25,906 nucleotides of DNA from a virus (Duplodnaviria; Caudoviricetes), in the IMG/VR virus record IMGVR_UViG_3300012041_000059, positions 1-25,906 of that record. The stretch is one strand, 5' to 3'. How positions within the stretch are numbered: position 1 is the first letter of the stretch; each line of letters opens with the position of its first letter. This document shows, piece after piece, positions 7,832-17,294 of the stretch. The notes under the pieces are model-generated. The model did no database searches. It was not told the DNA's origin and worked only from the letters and a program-made list of their open reading frames with translations. Position numbers and translations under genes: made by a program.

Positions 7832-9616
7832 ATGGCCATTGCCACCCTCACCGTCGACATAGAAGCGAAGTTGTCGCGGCTGCAAGAGGGCATGGACCAG
7901 GCCGCGCGCATCACGCAACGCGCCGCGCAGGACGTCGAGAGCCGCTGGACGGCGGCTGGCACGGCGCTCAAGGCGGCGCTGGCGCCGCTGGCGGCGGCGT
8001 TCAGCGTGAGCACGATCTCGGCATTCATCGCGCAGAACGCGCGCGCGGTGGATTCGCTCAACGACATCAGCGACGTCACCGGCGCCACGGTGGAGAACAT
8101 CTCCGCGCTGCAAGACGTGGCGCGCCGCACCGGCACCGACATCGCCACCGTCGAGACGTCGCTCATCAAGCTCAACATGGCGCTCAACAACGCCAAGCCG
8201 GGCAGCGACGTCGAGAAGGCGCTGGCGGCCATCGGCCTCACCGCCAAGGAGCTCAAGGCGCAAGACCCCGCCGAGGCGCTGCGCCAGGTGGCGGTGGCGC
8301 TCGGGCAGTTTGCCGACGACGGCAACAAGGCGCGCCTGGTGCAAGAGCTGTTCGACAAGAGCCTGCGCGAGGTGGCGCCGCTGCTCAAAGACCTGGCCAG
8401 CCAGGGCAAGCTCAACGCGACCGTCACCAAAGAGCAGGCCGAGCAGGCCGAGCGCTTTGTGCACGCGCTTGGCAAATTCGATGCCGCGGCCACCCAGGCA
8501 CGGCAGTCGATGGCGGTGAAGATCCTGCCGTCTCTCACCGAGATGATCCAGCGGCTGAACGACGCCACGGCGTCGTGGGGCGCCTTCAACCTCGCACTGG
8601 CACGCGCGAATCCATTGGCGAGTGTGCCGCAGAACGCCGTTACCGGTCTGCAGAAGTACCGCGACGAACTGGCCCGCCTGCAGAGCATCATCGACAGGGA
8701 AGAGGGGGCCGGCGAGGGCGTATCTCGCCGAATGGTTCTCGACGCCAATGCCGCGCGCGAGGCGCTGCCGCGCATCAGGGAGTTGGTGCGCTCCTACGAG
8801 CTGCTGCTCGGGCTCACCGATCGCGCCGGCGGCGGCCGCGGCATGGTCAACCCGACGCGCGTGCTGCCCGACATCGGCGGCGGCGGCGACGACAAGGGCC
8901 GCGCCGACGCGCTCAAGCGCCTCAACGATGCGCGCGCGCTGATGAACAAGCAGCAGCTGCAGTTCATCGACGACCAGCGTGCCGCCGAAGACGAGCGCGA
9001 GCGCGCCGCCATCGAGGGCGCCGACAAGGTGGCCGACGCCGAAAAGCGCAAGTGGGCCGAGGCATCCAAGGCCTGGGTGCTGTACGCCGAGCAGGTGCTG
9101 GGGCTCGACCAGCCGGTGGTCGAGCAGACCAAGCGGCAGATCGAAGAGGTCAGCGAGTTCGCCCGCGAGGCGCGCCGCAACCTGCAAGACAGCGTAGCCG
9201 ACACGGCGCTGGCCGGCCTGGAGGGCCGCTTCGAGGAGATCGACGACCTGTGGCGCAACCTGCTGCGCCGCATGCTGGCCGAGTGGGTGGCCTCCGGCTT
9301 CAACGAGCTCATGCTGGGCAAGAGCGCGGGCGGCGGGGTGCTGGGCGGTCTGCTCGGCATGTTTGGCCTGCCGGCGTTTGCCTCGGGCACCGACTACGTG
9401 CCGCGCGACATGGTGGCCGTGGTGCACCAGGGCGAGCGCATCGTGCCCGCGCAGCAGAACCGCGGCGGCGGCTGGGGCAGCGCGCGCATGGGCGACATCA
9501 ACATCCGCGTCGACGGCACCGCCGACGCGGCCAAGACCACGCAGCAGATGTACGGCATCGTGCGCCAGGCGCAGATCGAGCAGACCAAGCAGCTCAAGGC
9601 GCTGGGGGTGTTGTGA
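7832..9616 (+). CDS. Tail tape measure protein, 594 aa
   Basis: MAIATLTVDIEA start, Ala-rich helical body, C-terminal FASGTDYVPRDMVAVVHQGERIVPA motif. Confidence 0.92.
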   Translation: MAIATLTVDIEAKLSRLQEGMDQAARITQRAAQDVESRWTAAGTALKAALAPLAAAFSVSTISAFIAQNARAVDSLNDISDVTGATVENISALQDVARRTGTDIATVETSLIKLNMALNNAKPGSDVEKALAAIGLTAKELKAQDPAEALRQVAVALGQFADDGNKARLVQELFDKSLREVAPLLKDLASQGKLNATVTKEQAEQAERFVHALGKFDAAATQARQSMAVKILPSLTEMIQRLNDATASWGAFNLALARANPLASVPQNAVTGLQKYRDELARLQSIIDREEGAGEGVSRRMVLDANAAREALPRIRELVRSYELLLGLTDRAGGGRGMVNPTRVLPDIGGGGDDKGRADALKRLNDARALMNKQQLQFIDDQRAAEDERERAAIEGADKVADAEKRKWAEASKAWVLYAEQVLGLDQPVVEQTKRQIEEVSEFAREARRNLQDSVADTALAGLEGRFEEIDDLWRNLLRRMLAEWVASGFNELMLGKSAGGGVLGGLLGMFGLPAFASGTDYVPRDMVAVVHQGERIVPAQQNRGGGWGSARMGDINIRVDGTADAAKTTQQMYGIVRQAQIEQTKQLKALGVL

Positions 9617-10266
9617 GCACGCTGGACCTCGCCAACTACCTGCTGGCCATCGGCAAGGCCGGCGTCGTGTGGGGGCAGCGGCGCACCGACGTCGCCACCG
9701 AGAGCGTGCCATCGGGCAACGTGCAGGCGCGGCTGTACGGCTTTCCCAAGTGGACGCTCAGCCTGTCGGCGCCGCCGTCGGTGAGCGAGGAGGAGGCCGT
9801 GGTGTGGCGCGCGCTGCTGCTGGGCCTGCGCGGCCGCGTGAACTACCTGAAGGCGTGGAACCCGGCGCAAGTGGTGCCCCGTGGAACCATGCGCGGCACC
9901 ATGCTGGTGGACGGCTCGCACGCGGCCGGCGCCACCACACTCAACGTCACCGTCACCGGCACCGGCCAGGTGGGCAACACGATACTCAGCGGCAGCCCGC
10001 TCACCATCGGCACCGGCATCGGCACCAGCCAGCTGGTGCACACCCTCGGCGACGCCACCGCGGCCAACGTGGGCGGCAACAGCGACATCGCGCTCACCAT
10101 CGAGCCGCCGCTGCGCATCGCATTCGCCAACGCCACCGCGGTGACGTGGGACAAGGCGTTCACGTATTTCAGGCAGACCGGCAACGCCGCGCGCTGGCGC
10201 CACTACGGGGGCAACAACAAGGTGCATCAAGAGTTCGCGGTGGATCTGCTCGAGGCTTGGAATTGA
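9613..10266 (+). CDS. Distal tail (Dit-like) minor tail protein, 217 aa
   Basis: GTG 9613 overlaps the TMP stop; W..LL.GLRGRVN and IEPPLR motifs; position after TMP. Confidence 0.75.
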   Translation: MSTLDLANYLLAIGKAGVVWGQRRTDVATESVPSGNVQARLYGFPKWTLSLSAPPSVSEEEAVVWRALLLGLRGRVNYLKAWNPAQVVPRGTMRGTMLVDGSHAAGATTLNVTVTGTGQVGNTILSGSPLTIGTGIGTSQLVHTLGDATAANVGGNSDIALTIEPPLRIAFANATAVTWDKAFTYFRQTGNAARWRHYGGNNKVHQEFAVDLLEAWN

Positions 10267-10270
10267 AAAG

Positions 10271-10390
10271 ATGGCACAACAACAACACCAGATCACTTTT
10301 CGGGTGCGCTGGCCCCTGCTGTTGCGGGCGCTGGTGAAGGTGGGGCTCGGCAGGTTGGCGGCCAGGCTGTGTCTCGTGTTCGAGAAGTAG
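10271..10390 (+). CDS. Unannotated small basic/hydrophobic ORF, 39 aa (MAQQQHQITFRVRWPLLLRALVKVGLGRLAARLCLVFEK)
   Basis: Fills the 10267-10394 gap with 4-nt spacers on each side. Not in the ORF track. Confidence 0.55.
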   Translation: MAQQQHQITFRVRWPLLLRALVKVGLGRLAARLCLVFEK

Positions 10391-10394
10391 CGGC

Positions 10395-11012
10395 ATGCAC
10401 ACCCTCGACGGCACAGCCGGCCCGCGCTCCAGCGCTTCGGCGGCCGGTCTGCACTGGCTCATCGAGCTCGACTTTCTGAGCGGCACGCAATACTTCACCA
10501 CGTTCAACGTGACGCTGTCGGTGGGCGGGCACGACTACATGGGGCTGGGCGACATCCTCGAGGTGTCGGTGCTCAACGAGAGCGAAGACAACACCGCCGA
10601 CCGGGTGGAGTTTGCGGTGCCGATCGTCAACACCGCGATGCTGGCCACGCTCATCGGCCCGGCCACCGAGTACCGCGGCCTGCGCGCGCGCATGTACGGG
10701 CAGTTCATCGACGACACTTTCAAGCCGGCGGGCGCGGCGGTGCTGCGCTGGGCCGGCTTCATGGACGTGGTGCGCACCGAGCGCGAGGCGCCGGCCGCCG
10801 ACGGCATCGACGCCGCCACCAGCGGCAAAATCATCCTGCCGTGCTGGCGTGCCGGCCAGGCCGGCATGCGCCGCGCCAACAGCCTGCGCCGCACCCACGC
10901 GCAGCAGCTGCAGCGCACCGCCGGCGCCGACACCGGCCTGCGCTACACGCAGCCGCTGATCGAAACGCCATCGCTGTGGCTGAGCAAGCGGTTTCAGGAA
11001 ACGCAAACGTGA
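10395..11012 (+). CDS. Minor tail tip / hub protein (gpL-position), 205 aa
   Basis: WLIELDF.SGT.YF, Y.GLG, RWAGFMD, RRT.A.Q....GDTGL.Y motifs of siphophage tip proteins. Confidence 0.75.
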   Translation: MHTLDGTAGPRSSASAAGLHWLIELDFLSGTQYFTTFNVTLSVGGHDYMGLGDILEVSVLNESEDNTADRVEFAVPIVNTAMLATLIGPATEYRGLRARMYGQFIDDTFKPAGAAVLRWAGFMDVVRTEREAPAADGIDAATSGKIILPCWRAGQAGMRRANSLRRTHAQQLQRTAGADTGLRYTQPLIETPSLWLSKRFQETQT

Positions 11013-11671
11013 GCGCGCCGGTGATCATCGGCAACGCCACCCTGTACCTCGGGGACTGCCTGGAAATCCTCCCAAGCCTGCCGAAGGTGGATGCGGTGAT
11101 TACTGATCCGCCGTATGGCATAGCGGTGCAGGAAAAGCGCCGAGACGGCGAGGCCGAGTCGTGGGACACGGAGATCAATCAGCCGGCCATCGACATGGCG
11201 CTGCTGAACGCCGAACAGGCCATCGTATTCGGCGGCAACTACTACGCGCTGCCTCCGTCGCGGTGTTGGCTGATCTGGGATAAGCAGATCAGCCCCGGCT
11301 TAAACCTGGCGCACGCAGAGTTGGCGTGGACGAATCTAGAGAAATGCGGTGTGCGCATCAAGCGCCATCTGTGGAGCGGGCCGTTTCGGGAGGGGTCCGA
11401 GCATCGGTGGGGCCACCCAACGCAAAAACCAATCGACGTGATGCGGTGGTGCATTTTGTTCACCGACGGCGATGTGGTGCTGGACCCCTTCATGGGCAGC
11501 GGCACGACTGGCGTTGCCTGCGTGGAGCTTGGCCGCTCCTTCATCGGGATCGAGCGCGAGCCAAGGTATTTCGACATCGCCTGCCGCCGAATCGAAGAAG
11601 CCCAGGCCCAGGGAAAGCTATTCGAGCCTGCCGAGCGCAAGGCCGAGCAGATGGAGATCGGCGGTGCATGA
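11009..11671 (+). CDS. Orphan DNA methyltransferase (N6-adenine/N4-cytosine, beta class), 220 aa
   Basis: LYLGDCLEIL, catalytic TDPPY, HPTQKP, SAM-binding VLDPFMGSGTTG, FIGIERE. GTG start at 11009. Confidence 0.93.
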   Translation: MSAPVIIGNATLYLGDCLEILPSLPKVDAVITDPPYGIAVQEKRRDGEAESWDTEINQPAIDMALLNAEQAIVFGGNYYALPPSRCWLIWDKQISPGLNLAHAELAWTNLEKCGVRIKRHLWSGPFREGSEHRWGHPTQKPIDVMRWCILFTDGDVVLDPFMGSGTTGVACVELGRSFIGIEREPRYFDIACRRIEEAQAQGKLFEPAERKAEQMEIGGA

Positions 11672-12074
11672 CTCCCTCGCAACCCGGCTCGACGCCTACC
11701 TGCAGCGCCCGCGCGCCGAGTTCGACTGGGCGGCCAACCACTGCTGCCATTTCGCCGCCGGCTGGGTGCGCGAGGTCGAGGGGCTCGACGCCATGCCGCT
11801 GGTGCCCACGCCCGACGGCAAGGCCGCCTGGCGCCTGATTCAAAGCTACGGCGGGCTGGCCGAGGCGATCACCCAGCAGCTCGGCCGCGCGCCGATCGCG
11901 CCGGCCGATGCGCAGCTGGGCGACGTGGTGCTGCTGCCGCTGCCCGAGCGCCCGGGCCGCGCCTCGGTGGGCATCTGCAACGGCCGGCTGTCGATGTTCA
12001 TCGAGCGCAGCGGCCTCGGCGTCGTGCCGACGCTGCAGTGCACGCACGCGTGGAGGGTGGCCAATGACCGCTGA
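11664..12074 (+). CDS. NlpC/P60-like tail tip assembly protein (gpK-position, DUF6950-like), 136 aa
   Basis: FDWAANHCCHFAAGWV, AQLGDVVL, GICNG, AWRV. GTG start at 11664. Confidence 0.8.
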   Translation: MHDSLATRLDAYLQRPRAEFDWAANHCCHFAAGWVREVEGLDAMPLVPTPDGKAAWRLIQSYGGLAEAITQQLGRAPIAPADAQLGDVVLLPLPERPGRASVGICNGRLSMFIERSGLGVVPTLQCTHAWRVANDR

Positions 12075-12339
12075 CTGGCTGCAACACGAGGTGCCCACGC
12101 ACCATTGCGTCACGTGCGGCGCGCTGTGGCGCTTCTGGCCCGAGCGCGACACCGGCCGCGCCGACTCGTGGAACCTGCGCAGCGAGCGCTGCGGCCCGTG
12201 CTGCGACACCGTGGCGATGGGCGAGCAGATCAAGCCGCTCACGGTGCACCGCATGCTGCAGTGGGTGGCCGCGCGCCACGCCGTCGACGAGATGCTCATG
12301 CGCGTGTTCGGGCCGCGCGATCCCAGCGAAGTGAACTGA
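12064..12339 (+). CDS. Small Cys-rich hypothetical protein, 91 aa
   Basis: ATG 12064 overlaps the upstream gene; HHCVTCG...CGPCCD suggests Zn binding. Confidence 0.65.
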   Translation: MTADWLQHEVPTHHCVTCGALWRFWPERDTGRADSWNLRSERCGPCCDTVAMGEQIKPLTVHRMLQWVAARHAVDEMLMRVFGPRDPSEVN

Positions 12340-12345
12340 CGCGCA

Positions 12346-15300
12346 ATGCGCGCGCTCCTGCTCCTGTCGCTGCTGCTCGCCGCGCCGGCCGCGCATGCCG
12401 ACGCCATCACGGCGGTGGCGTTCCTGGCCGAGTTCATCGGCGGGGCCGCGGCTGCCTTCGTGGTGGCGGGCGCCGCCAAGATCGTGATGGTGGGGCTGTA
12501 CGTGTACGGCACCGCGCGCGCCCGGCGCGACCGGCGCAAGGCGCGCGCGCGGGCGCGCTCCGAGGCGATCGCGCAGCTGCAGGACCGCAGCATCACGGGC
12601 CTGAACGGCCTGCCGCCGTGGCGCATCGTGGTGGGGCGCTGCATCACCGGCGGCGAGGTGCACGCGATCTTCACGTCTGACAAGACGTCTTATCGCGAGG
12701 ACGGCAGCACGTCGTTCAGCCGGCCCGACGCGCTCAAGCACGTGGTGATCGTGTTCGCCGACCACGAGTGCGCGGCGCTGCACGAGATTTTCATCGACGG
12801 CGTGGCGCTCGGCGCGCTCGACGGCAGCGGCAACGTGACCACGGGTGAATTCTTCACCGCGCGGGTGGACTCGCGCACCGCCACCATCGGCGGCGGCGGC
12901 TCGGTCACGGTGGCCGAGGCGGTGGTGACGCTGCTGCACGGCTACACGCAAACGGGCAACGGCGACGCGCAGGACATCACCGACGTCACGGCCTCGCTAT
13001 CGCTGTCGGGCGGCAACCTCACGATCAACGGGCCGGCAGGCGCGATCGTCAACTACACGGTGCAGGCCAACCTGGTGAGCGTGCGGGTGCAAAAGCACCT
13101 GGGCACCGCCTCGCAGACGGTGGACACCTACCTCACGAGCGTGGCGCCCAGCCAGTGGGTGAGCACCGACCGGCTGCTCAACAAGTGCTACATCGTGCTC
13201 ACGCTGGACCTGGAGAACCAGCGCTTCATCGCCGGCATCCCCAACGTCACGGCCGACATCAGCGGCCGCAAGGTGTACGACCCGCGCAAGGACAGCACCG
13301 TGTCGGGCGGCTCGGGCTCGCACCGCGCGGCCACGCCCAGCACCTGGGAGTGGAGCGACAACGCGGCGTTGGGCAGCCGCGACTACCTGCAGGCCGAGTG
13401 GGGCTGCCGCGCCGAGCAGGAAGACATCAACGACGCCTACACCATCACCGCGGCCAACGCGAGCGACGCGCGCGAGAGCGCCAGCGCGCACAGCCACGCG
13501 CAGACTTTCACCGCCAGCGCCAGCACCGACGAGATCACGTTCGCCGCCGACGAGCCCTACGGCACGGGCGACGGCGTGCGCGTGAGCAGCACCACCACGC
13601 TGCCGGGCGGCTTGAGCGCGGCCACCACGTACTACGTGATCCGCGGCAGCATCGACTCTTCGCGCAAGTTCAAGCTGGCCACCAGCGTGGCCAACGCCTA
13701 CGCGGGCACGGCGATCAACATCACCAGCGCGGGCAGCGGCACGCACACCTGCACCTGGCACGACTACGCGCGCTACAAGGCCAACGGCGTCATCGTCACC
13801 AACGACGACTGGCGCGAGCCCACGCTCGACGCGCTGGGCGAGGCCATGGCCGGCTCGGCGGTGTACGGCGCGCAGTGGGAGCTGCTGGCCGGCGCGTGGA
13901 CTTCGCCGGTGATGGACCTCACCGACGACGACCTGCAGGGCGACATCGAGATCGTGCAGGGCGACCTGCCGCTTGACCAGCTGCTCAACGGCGTGCGCTG
14001 CACGTATGTGCCGATCGGCAAGAGCGTGGCGCGTGAGGCCGACAGCTACAGCAACGCCACCTACGTGAGCGCCGACGGCGACGAGCACTGGGACGATCTG
14101 CCGCTCGACTTTGTGGACAACCAGGTGCGGGCGCGCAACCTGTGCCGCATCCGCGTGGAGAGCCAGCGCAACGGCCTGATCATCCGCTACCCGGCCAAGC
14201 TGCGCGCCTGGCCGCTGCAGCGCGGCGACCGCGTGCGCGTGACCAACACCGAGCACGGCTACACCACGGCCAAGGTGTGGCGCATCACCGACTGGCAGTT
14301 CGGCGTCACGAGCCCCGTGCTGCTGACGCTGCAGGAGGACGACGCCGGGGCGTGGGACATCTCGGACGCCACCACGATCGACAGCACGCCCAACACGGCG
14401 CTGGCCAGCCCCAACACCGTGCAAAGCCTGGGCACGCTCACCTGCACCAGCGGCGTGGCCACGCTGCTGCTCAACGCCGACGGCAGCCGCGTGCCGCGGG
14501 TGAAGGTGAGCTGGGCGGCGGTGACCGACCCGTACCTGGCCGACGGCGGCGGGCGCGTGATCATCAAGTGGCGCACGCCGCGCGGCAGCGAGTGGCAGCA
14601 GATGGAGGTGCTGAGCGACGAGACGGCCGCTTTCATCAGCGGCGTGCGCGAGGGTGAGCTGCTGGTGATCGAGGCGGCGGCGCGCAACTCGGCGCAGCGC
14701 CTGGGGCCGCCGAGCTTTGCGAGCCACCAGGTGGCCTACACGCAGTACCCGGGCGGCTCGGCGCCGCGCGGCAATCTGATCGACGCGCGCGCGTGGGTGA
14801 TCGGCACCTCGGGCGACCAGGGCGTGGCGGGCGGCGGGCTGTTCACCGCCGAGATCACCAGCGGCGAGAACGCGATCGTGTTCGGCGACTCGCCGGAGAC
14901 GGGCGTATCGCGGCCGAAGTGGCGCGGCACCAGCGGCGACTCGGCCAGCAGCGACCGCGACGGCGGCTTCAAGACCGGCGAGGTGCCGATCGACCGCACC
15001 AAGGCGTACCGCTGGTCGGTGTGGATCAAGGCGCGCACGCAGGTCGCATCGGCGGGCACGTTCTACTTCGGGCCCTCGGGCAGCGCGCAGGGCGACACCG
15101 ACTGCGTGCGCGACATCGCCACCGGCAGCACCGACACCAACCCGTATTTCCTGATCTCGCAGTTGCGCGCCGACCTGGCGCCGACGCGTTGGTATTTGCT
15201 GGTGGGCTACGTGCTGCCGCACAACTTCGGCACCACACCACCGAGCCCGGCGGTGGGCGGCATCTACGACGGGCTCACGGGCCTGCGCATCGCCGACGCC

Positions 15301-16425
15301 GACGAGGACTACAAGTGGACGAGCACGGCCACGGTGGCGCTGCTGCGGGTGTTTCAGTACAACTCGAACACCGGCAACGTGACCGACTTTCTGGCGCCGC
15401 GCCTGGAGATGTGCGACGGCACCGAGCCCACCGTCGACCAACTGCTGGCGCCGGCCAAGACCAACGCGGCGGCGCCCGATTTCGAGGGGCAGTTTGCGCT
15501 CAACGGGCAATTCAGCAATTGGCTCAAGGGGGCCACCGAGCCGGTGGGGTGGCTCAACATCGACGGCACGCCGTCGAAAGAAACCACGATTACGCGCACC
15601 GGACCCAACGCCATGCGGCTGGTGAGCGCTGGCGGCGCCTCCACCTACAACTACCGCACGCTGGACTTTGCGTTGCCGCTGGCCGCGGGCTCGTTTGTCG
15701 AGGGCACGCTCGACGTGTACCTCGACAGCCACTCGAGCGGCGGCTACCCAGGCCTCATGGTGCGCTGCTACACCGACTCGGGGCTGACCACGCAGCGCGA
15801 CAACCTGTTCGACCTGCCCAACACCACGGCCGACGAGTGGCAGACCATTCCGTTCAAGGCCACCGTGCAAGACGGCGAGCGCATCTACGGCGTGCGCTTT
15901 TACTGCATGGCGAGCTACTCGCTGCTGAGCGGCGGCCAAGGCGTGAACAACGTGGTGTTCGACTCGCTGGTGGCCAAGGCGGTGCAGCCGAGCGGGACGG
16001 GGCATGTGGATGCGCCGGTGCTGGGCGAGTCGCGCGTGGCCACCGACTCGTCGACCACCGTGACCGAAGTGGCCCACGTGCCGGACGGGTTTGCCTTCAA
16101 CACGATCGTGGTGGCCGACTCTGGCTTTACAGCCGCCGGCCCTGGCAAGGCCACCTGCACATTCAGCGGCGACGCTTCGAAAGGGGCCTCGTCGGATGCC
16201 CTGGTGTTCAGCATTCAAGACGCCAACGGCACCTACGGCGGCGATGTGCAAGAGGTGGCCGTGCCAGGCATCAAGGTCAACGTCGGCTGCTCGCGGCAGT
16301 TCACGCTGGTGGCTGGCGACACCTACGAGTTCGGCGTCTATGCCTCAAAGGGCTCGGGCTCCGGCAGCCCGATGGTGGTGACCAGTTCGACGCTGGTGAT
16401 CGAAATCCGCTACACGCGTGCCTAA
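12346..16425 (+). CDS. Tip attachment / central tail fibre protein (lambda J-like), 1359 aa, with C-terminal carbohydrate-binding-like domains
   Basis: RIVVGRC..GG, GIPNVTADISGRKVYDPR, WEWSDNAAL..RDYL, LQRGDRVRV, an FN3-like segment (VSWAAVTD), then NLID.. and LNGQFSNW domains. Confidence 0.92.
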   Translation: MRALLLLSLLLAAPAAHADAITAVAFLAEFIGGAAAAFVVAGAAKIVMVGLYVYGTARARRDRRKARARARSEAIAQLQDRSITGLNGLPPWRIVVGRCITGGEVHAIFTSDKTSYREDGSTSFSRPDALKHVVIVFADHECAALHEIFIDGVALGALDGSGNVTTGEFFTARVDSRTATIGGGGSVTVAEAVVTLLHGYTQTGNGDAQDITDVTASLSLSGGNLTINGPAGAIVNYTVQANLVSVRVQKHLGTASQTVDTYLTSVAPSQWVSTDRLLNKCYIVLTLDLENQRFIAGIPNVTADISGRKVYDPRKDSTVSGGSGSHRAATPSTWEWSDNAALGSRDYLQAEWGCRAEQEDINDAYTITAANASDARESASAHSHAQTFTASASTDEITFAADEPYGTGDGVRVSSTTTLPGGLSAATTYYVIRGSIDSSRKFKLATSVANAYAGTAINITSAGSGTHTCTWHDYARYKANGVIVTNDDWREPTLDALGEAMAGSAVYGAQWELLAGAWTSPVMDLTDDDLQGDIEIVQGDLPLDQLLNGVRCTYVPIGKSVAREADSYSNATYVSADGDEHWDDLPLDFVDNQVRARNLCRIRVESQRNGLIIRYPAKLRAWPLQRGDRVRVTNTEHGYTTAKVWRITDWQFGVTSPVLLTLQEDDAGAWDISDATTIDSTPNTALASPNTVQSLGTLTCTSGVATLLLNADGSRVPRVKVSWAAVTDPYLADGGGRVIIKWRTPRGSEWQQMEVLSDETAAFISGVREGELLVIEAAARNSAQRLGPPSFASHQVAYTQYPGGSAPRGNLIDARAWVIGTSGDQGVAGGGLFTAEITSGENAIVFGDSPETGVSRPKWRGTSGDSASSDRDGGFKTGEVPIDRTKAYRWSVWIKARTQVASAGTFYFGPSGSAQGDTDCVRDIATGSTDTNPYFLISQLRADLAPTRWYLLVGYVLPHNFGTTPPSPAVGGIYDGLTGLRIADADEDYKWTSTATVALLRVFQYNSNTGNVTDFLAPRLEMCDGTEPTVDQLLAPAKTNAAAPDFEGQFALNGQFSNWLKGATEPVGWLNIDGTPSKETTITRTGPNAMRLVSAGGASTYNYRTLDFALPLAAGSFVEGTLDVYLDSHSSGGYPGLMVRCYTDSGLTTQRDNLFDLPNTTADEWQTIPFKATVQDGERIYGVRFYCMASYSLLSGGQGVNNVVFDSLVAKAVQPSGTGHVDAPVLGESRVATDSSTTVTEVAHVPDGFAFNTIVVADSGFTAAGPGKATCTFSGDASKGASSDALVFSIQDANGTYGGDVQEVAVPGIKVNVGCSRQFTLVAGDTYEFGVYASKGSGSGSPMVVTSSTLVIEIRYTRA

Positions 16426-16443
16426 CCCACAGGAGTGCACACC

Positions 16444-16818
16444 ATGAACCTCGACAGCCTGCCCATGTTCGCGCAAGACAAGGCCAACCACTACGGCTAT
16501 GGCTCGTGGGTGGCCACGGCGGCCGCCATCGTGGCGATGTGCGTGCTGGTGTTGCTGTGGTTCGCCACGCAGGCGCTGGCGGTGGTGGTGCTGATGCCGC
16601 TGGGGGCCGGCCTGGCGGCGCCGGTGGGCGCCTACGCCGCGGGCCGCTGGGTGGAGAGCCGCCAGCACGACATCAACCGCCGCGCCATCGCCGCCGGCCA
16701 GCCGGCGCCGCACGAGGTGAGCGTGCGCGACACCAACGCCACGGCGCTGGGCGCGCTGCCGATCCTGGTGTCGATGCTGGTGCTGCAGGTGGCGCTGCTG
16801 GTGGTCATCGCGTCTTGA
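16444..16818 (+). CDS. Membrane protein (3 predicted TM segments), 124 aa
   Basis: AGGAG SD 8 nt before ATG 16444; long hydrophobic stretches; QDKANH..YG motif. Confidence 0.75.
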   Translation: MNLDSLPMFAQDKANHYGYGSWVATAAAIVAMCVLVLLWFATQALAVVVLMPLGAGLAAPVGAYAAGRWVESRQHDINRRAIAAGQPAPHEVSVRDTNATALGALPILVSMLVLQVALLVVIAS

Positions 16819-16845
16819 CGCACGCCCTTTAGCCGGAGCTGCGAG

Positions 16846-17025
16846 ATGGGCGAGCGCAACCTCACCGACGACGACGTGCGGGCCGTGGTCGACGCGCTCG
16901 AGCATCGTCTGGCCGAGAAGTTCTACACCGACCTCGGCCGCGGCCTGTGGGGCCTGGCCAAAAAGGGCTTGATCCTGGCCGTGGTGGGCATCGCCGCCTA
17001 CGGGGCGATCAAGGGCATCAAGTGA
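16846..17025 (+). CDS. Small single-TM protein, holin/antiholin candidate, 59 aa
   Basis: Not in the ORF track. MGERNLTDDDVRAVVDALEHRLAEKFYTDLGRGLWGLAKKGLILAVVGIAAYGAIKGIK; GGAG SD; GTGA overlap with the next gene. Confidence 0.75.
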   Translation: MGERNLTDDDVRAVVDALEHRLAEKFYTDLGRGLWGLAKKGLILAVVGIAAYGAIKGIK

Positions 17026-17294
17026 CGCGGTTGCTCGCGTGGTTCGGCATCAAGGACTGGAAGCGCGGCATCGCGCTGGTGATTCTGTGGGCGTATGCCT
17101 ACCAGTTGTGCGCCTGGCCGCCGCTGTGGTGGCTGGCGGCGCTGGCCAACGCCTACGGCGTGGTGATGCCGCTGCCGCCGCTGCTGCCCTGGGAGCTGCT
17201 GGCGGCCGGCACGGCGCAGCTGGCGTCGATCGGCAGCATCCAGGTGTGGCGCGAGCGCGGCACGCCTCAACCAACGGAGGGGCAACCCCAATGA
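17022..17294 (+). CDS. Holin candidate (3TM-holin-like), 90 aa
   Basis: GTG 17022; WK.GI..V...AYAYQL..WP.L.W...PLPP.L..E.L pattern recalls 3TM holins; upstream of the endolysin. Confidence 0.6.
   Translation: MTRLLAWFGIKDWKRGIALVILWAYAYQLCAWPPLWWLAALANAYGVVMPLPPLLPWELLAAGTAQLASIGSIQVWRERGTPQPTEGQPQ

Noticed and set aside
10276-10290. CAACAACAACACC run as a possible DGR template repeat
   Set aside because: The flanks do not match the VR constant sequence; it encodes QQQH in a small ORF.
11009-11671. Restriction-modification system
   Set aside because: No endonuclease gene is adjacent; the neighbours are tail-tip genes.
12997-16251. 1084-aa minus-strand ORF (also 3342-5063, 7751-9712, 20620-21828 and similar)
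   Set aside because: Antisense shadows of GC3-rich + strand genes; no recognisable motifs and fully overlapping confident CDSs.
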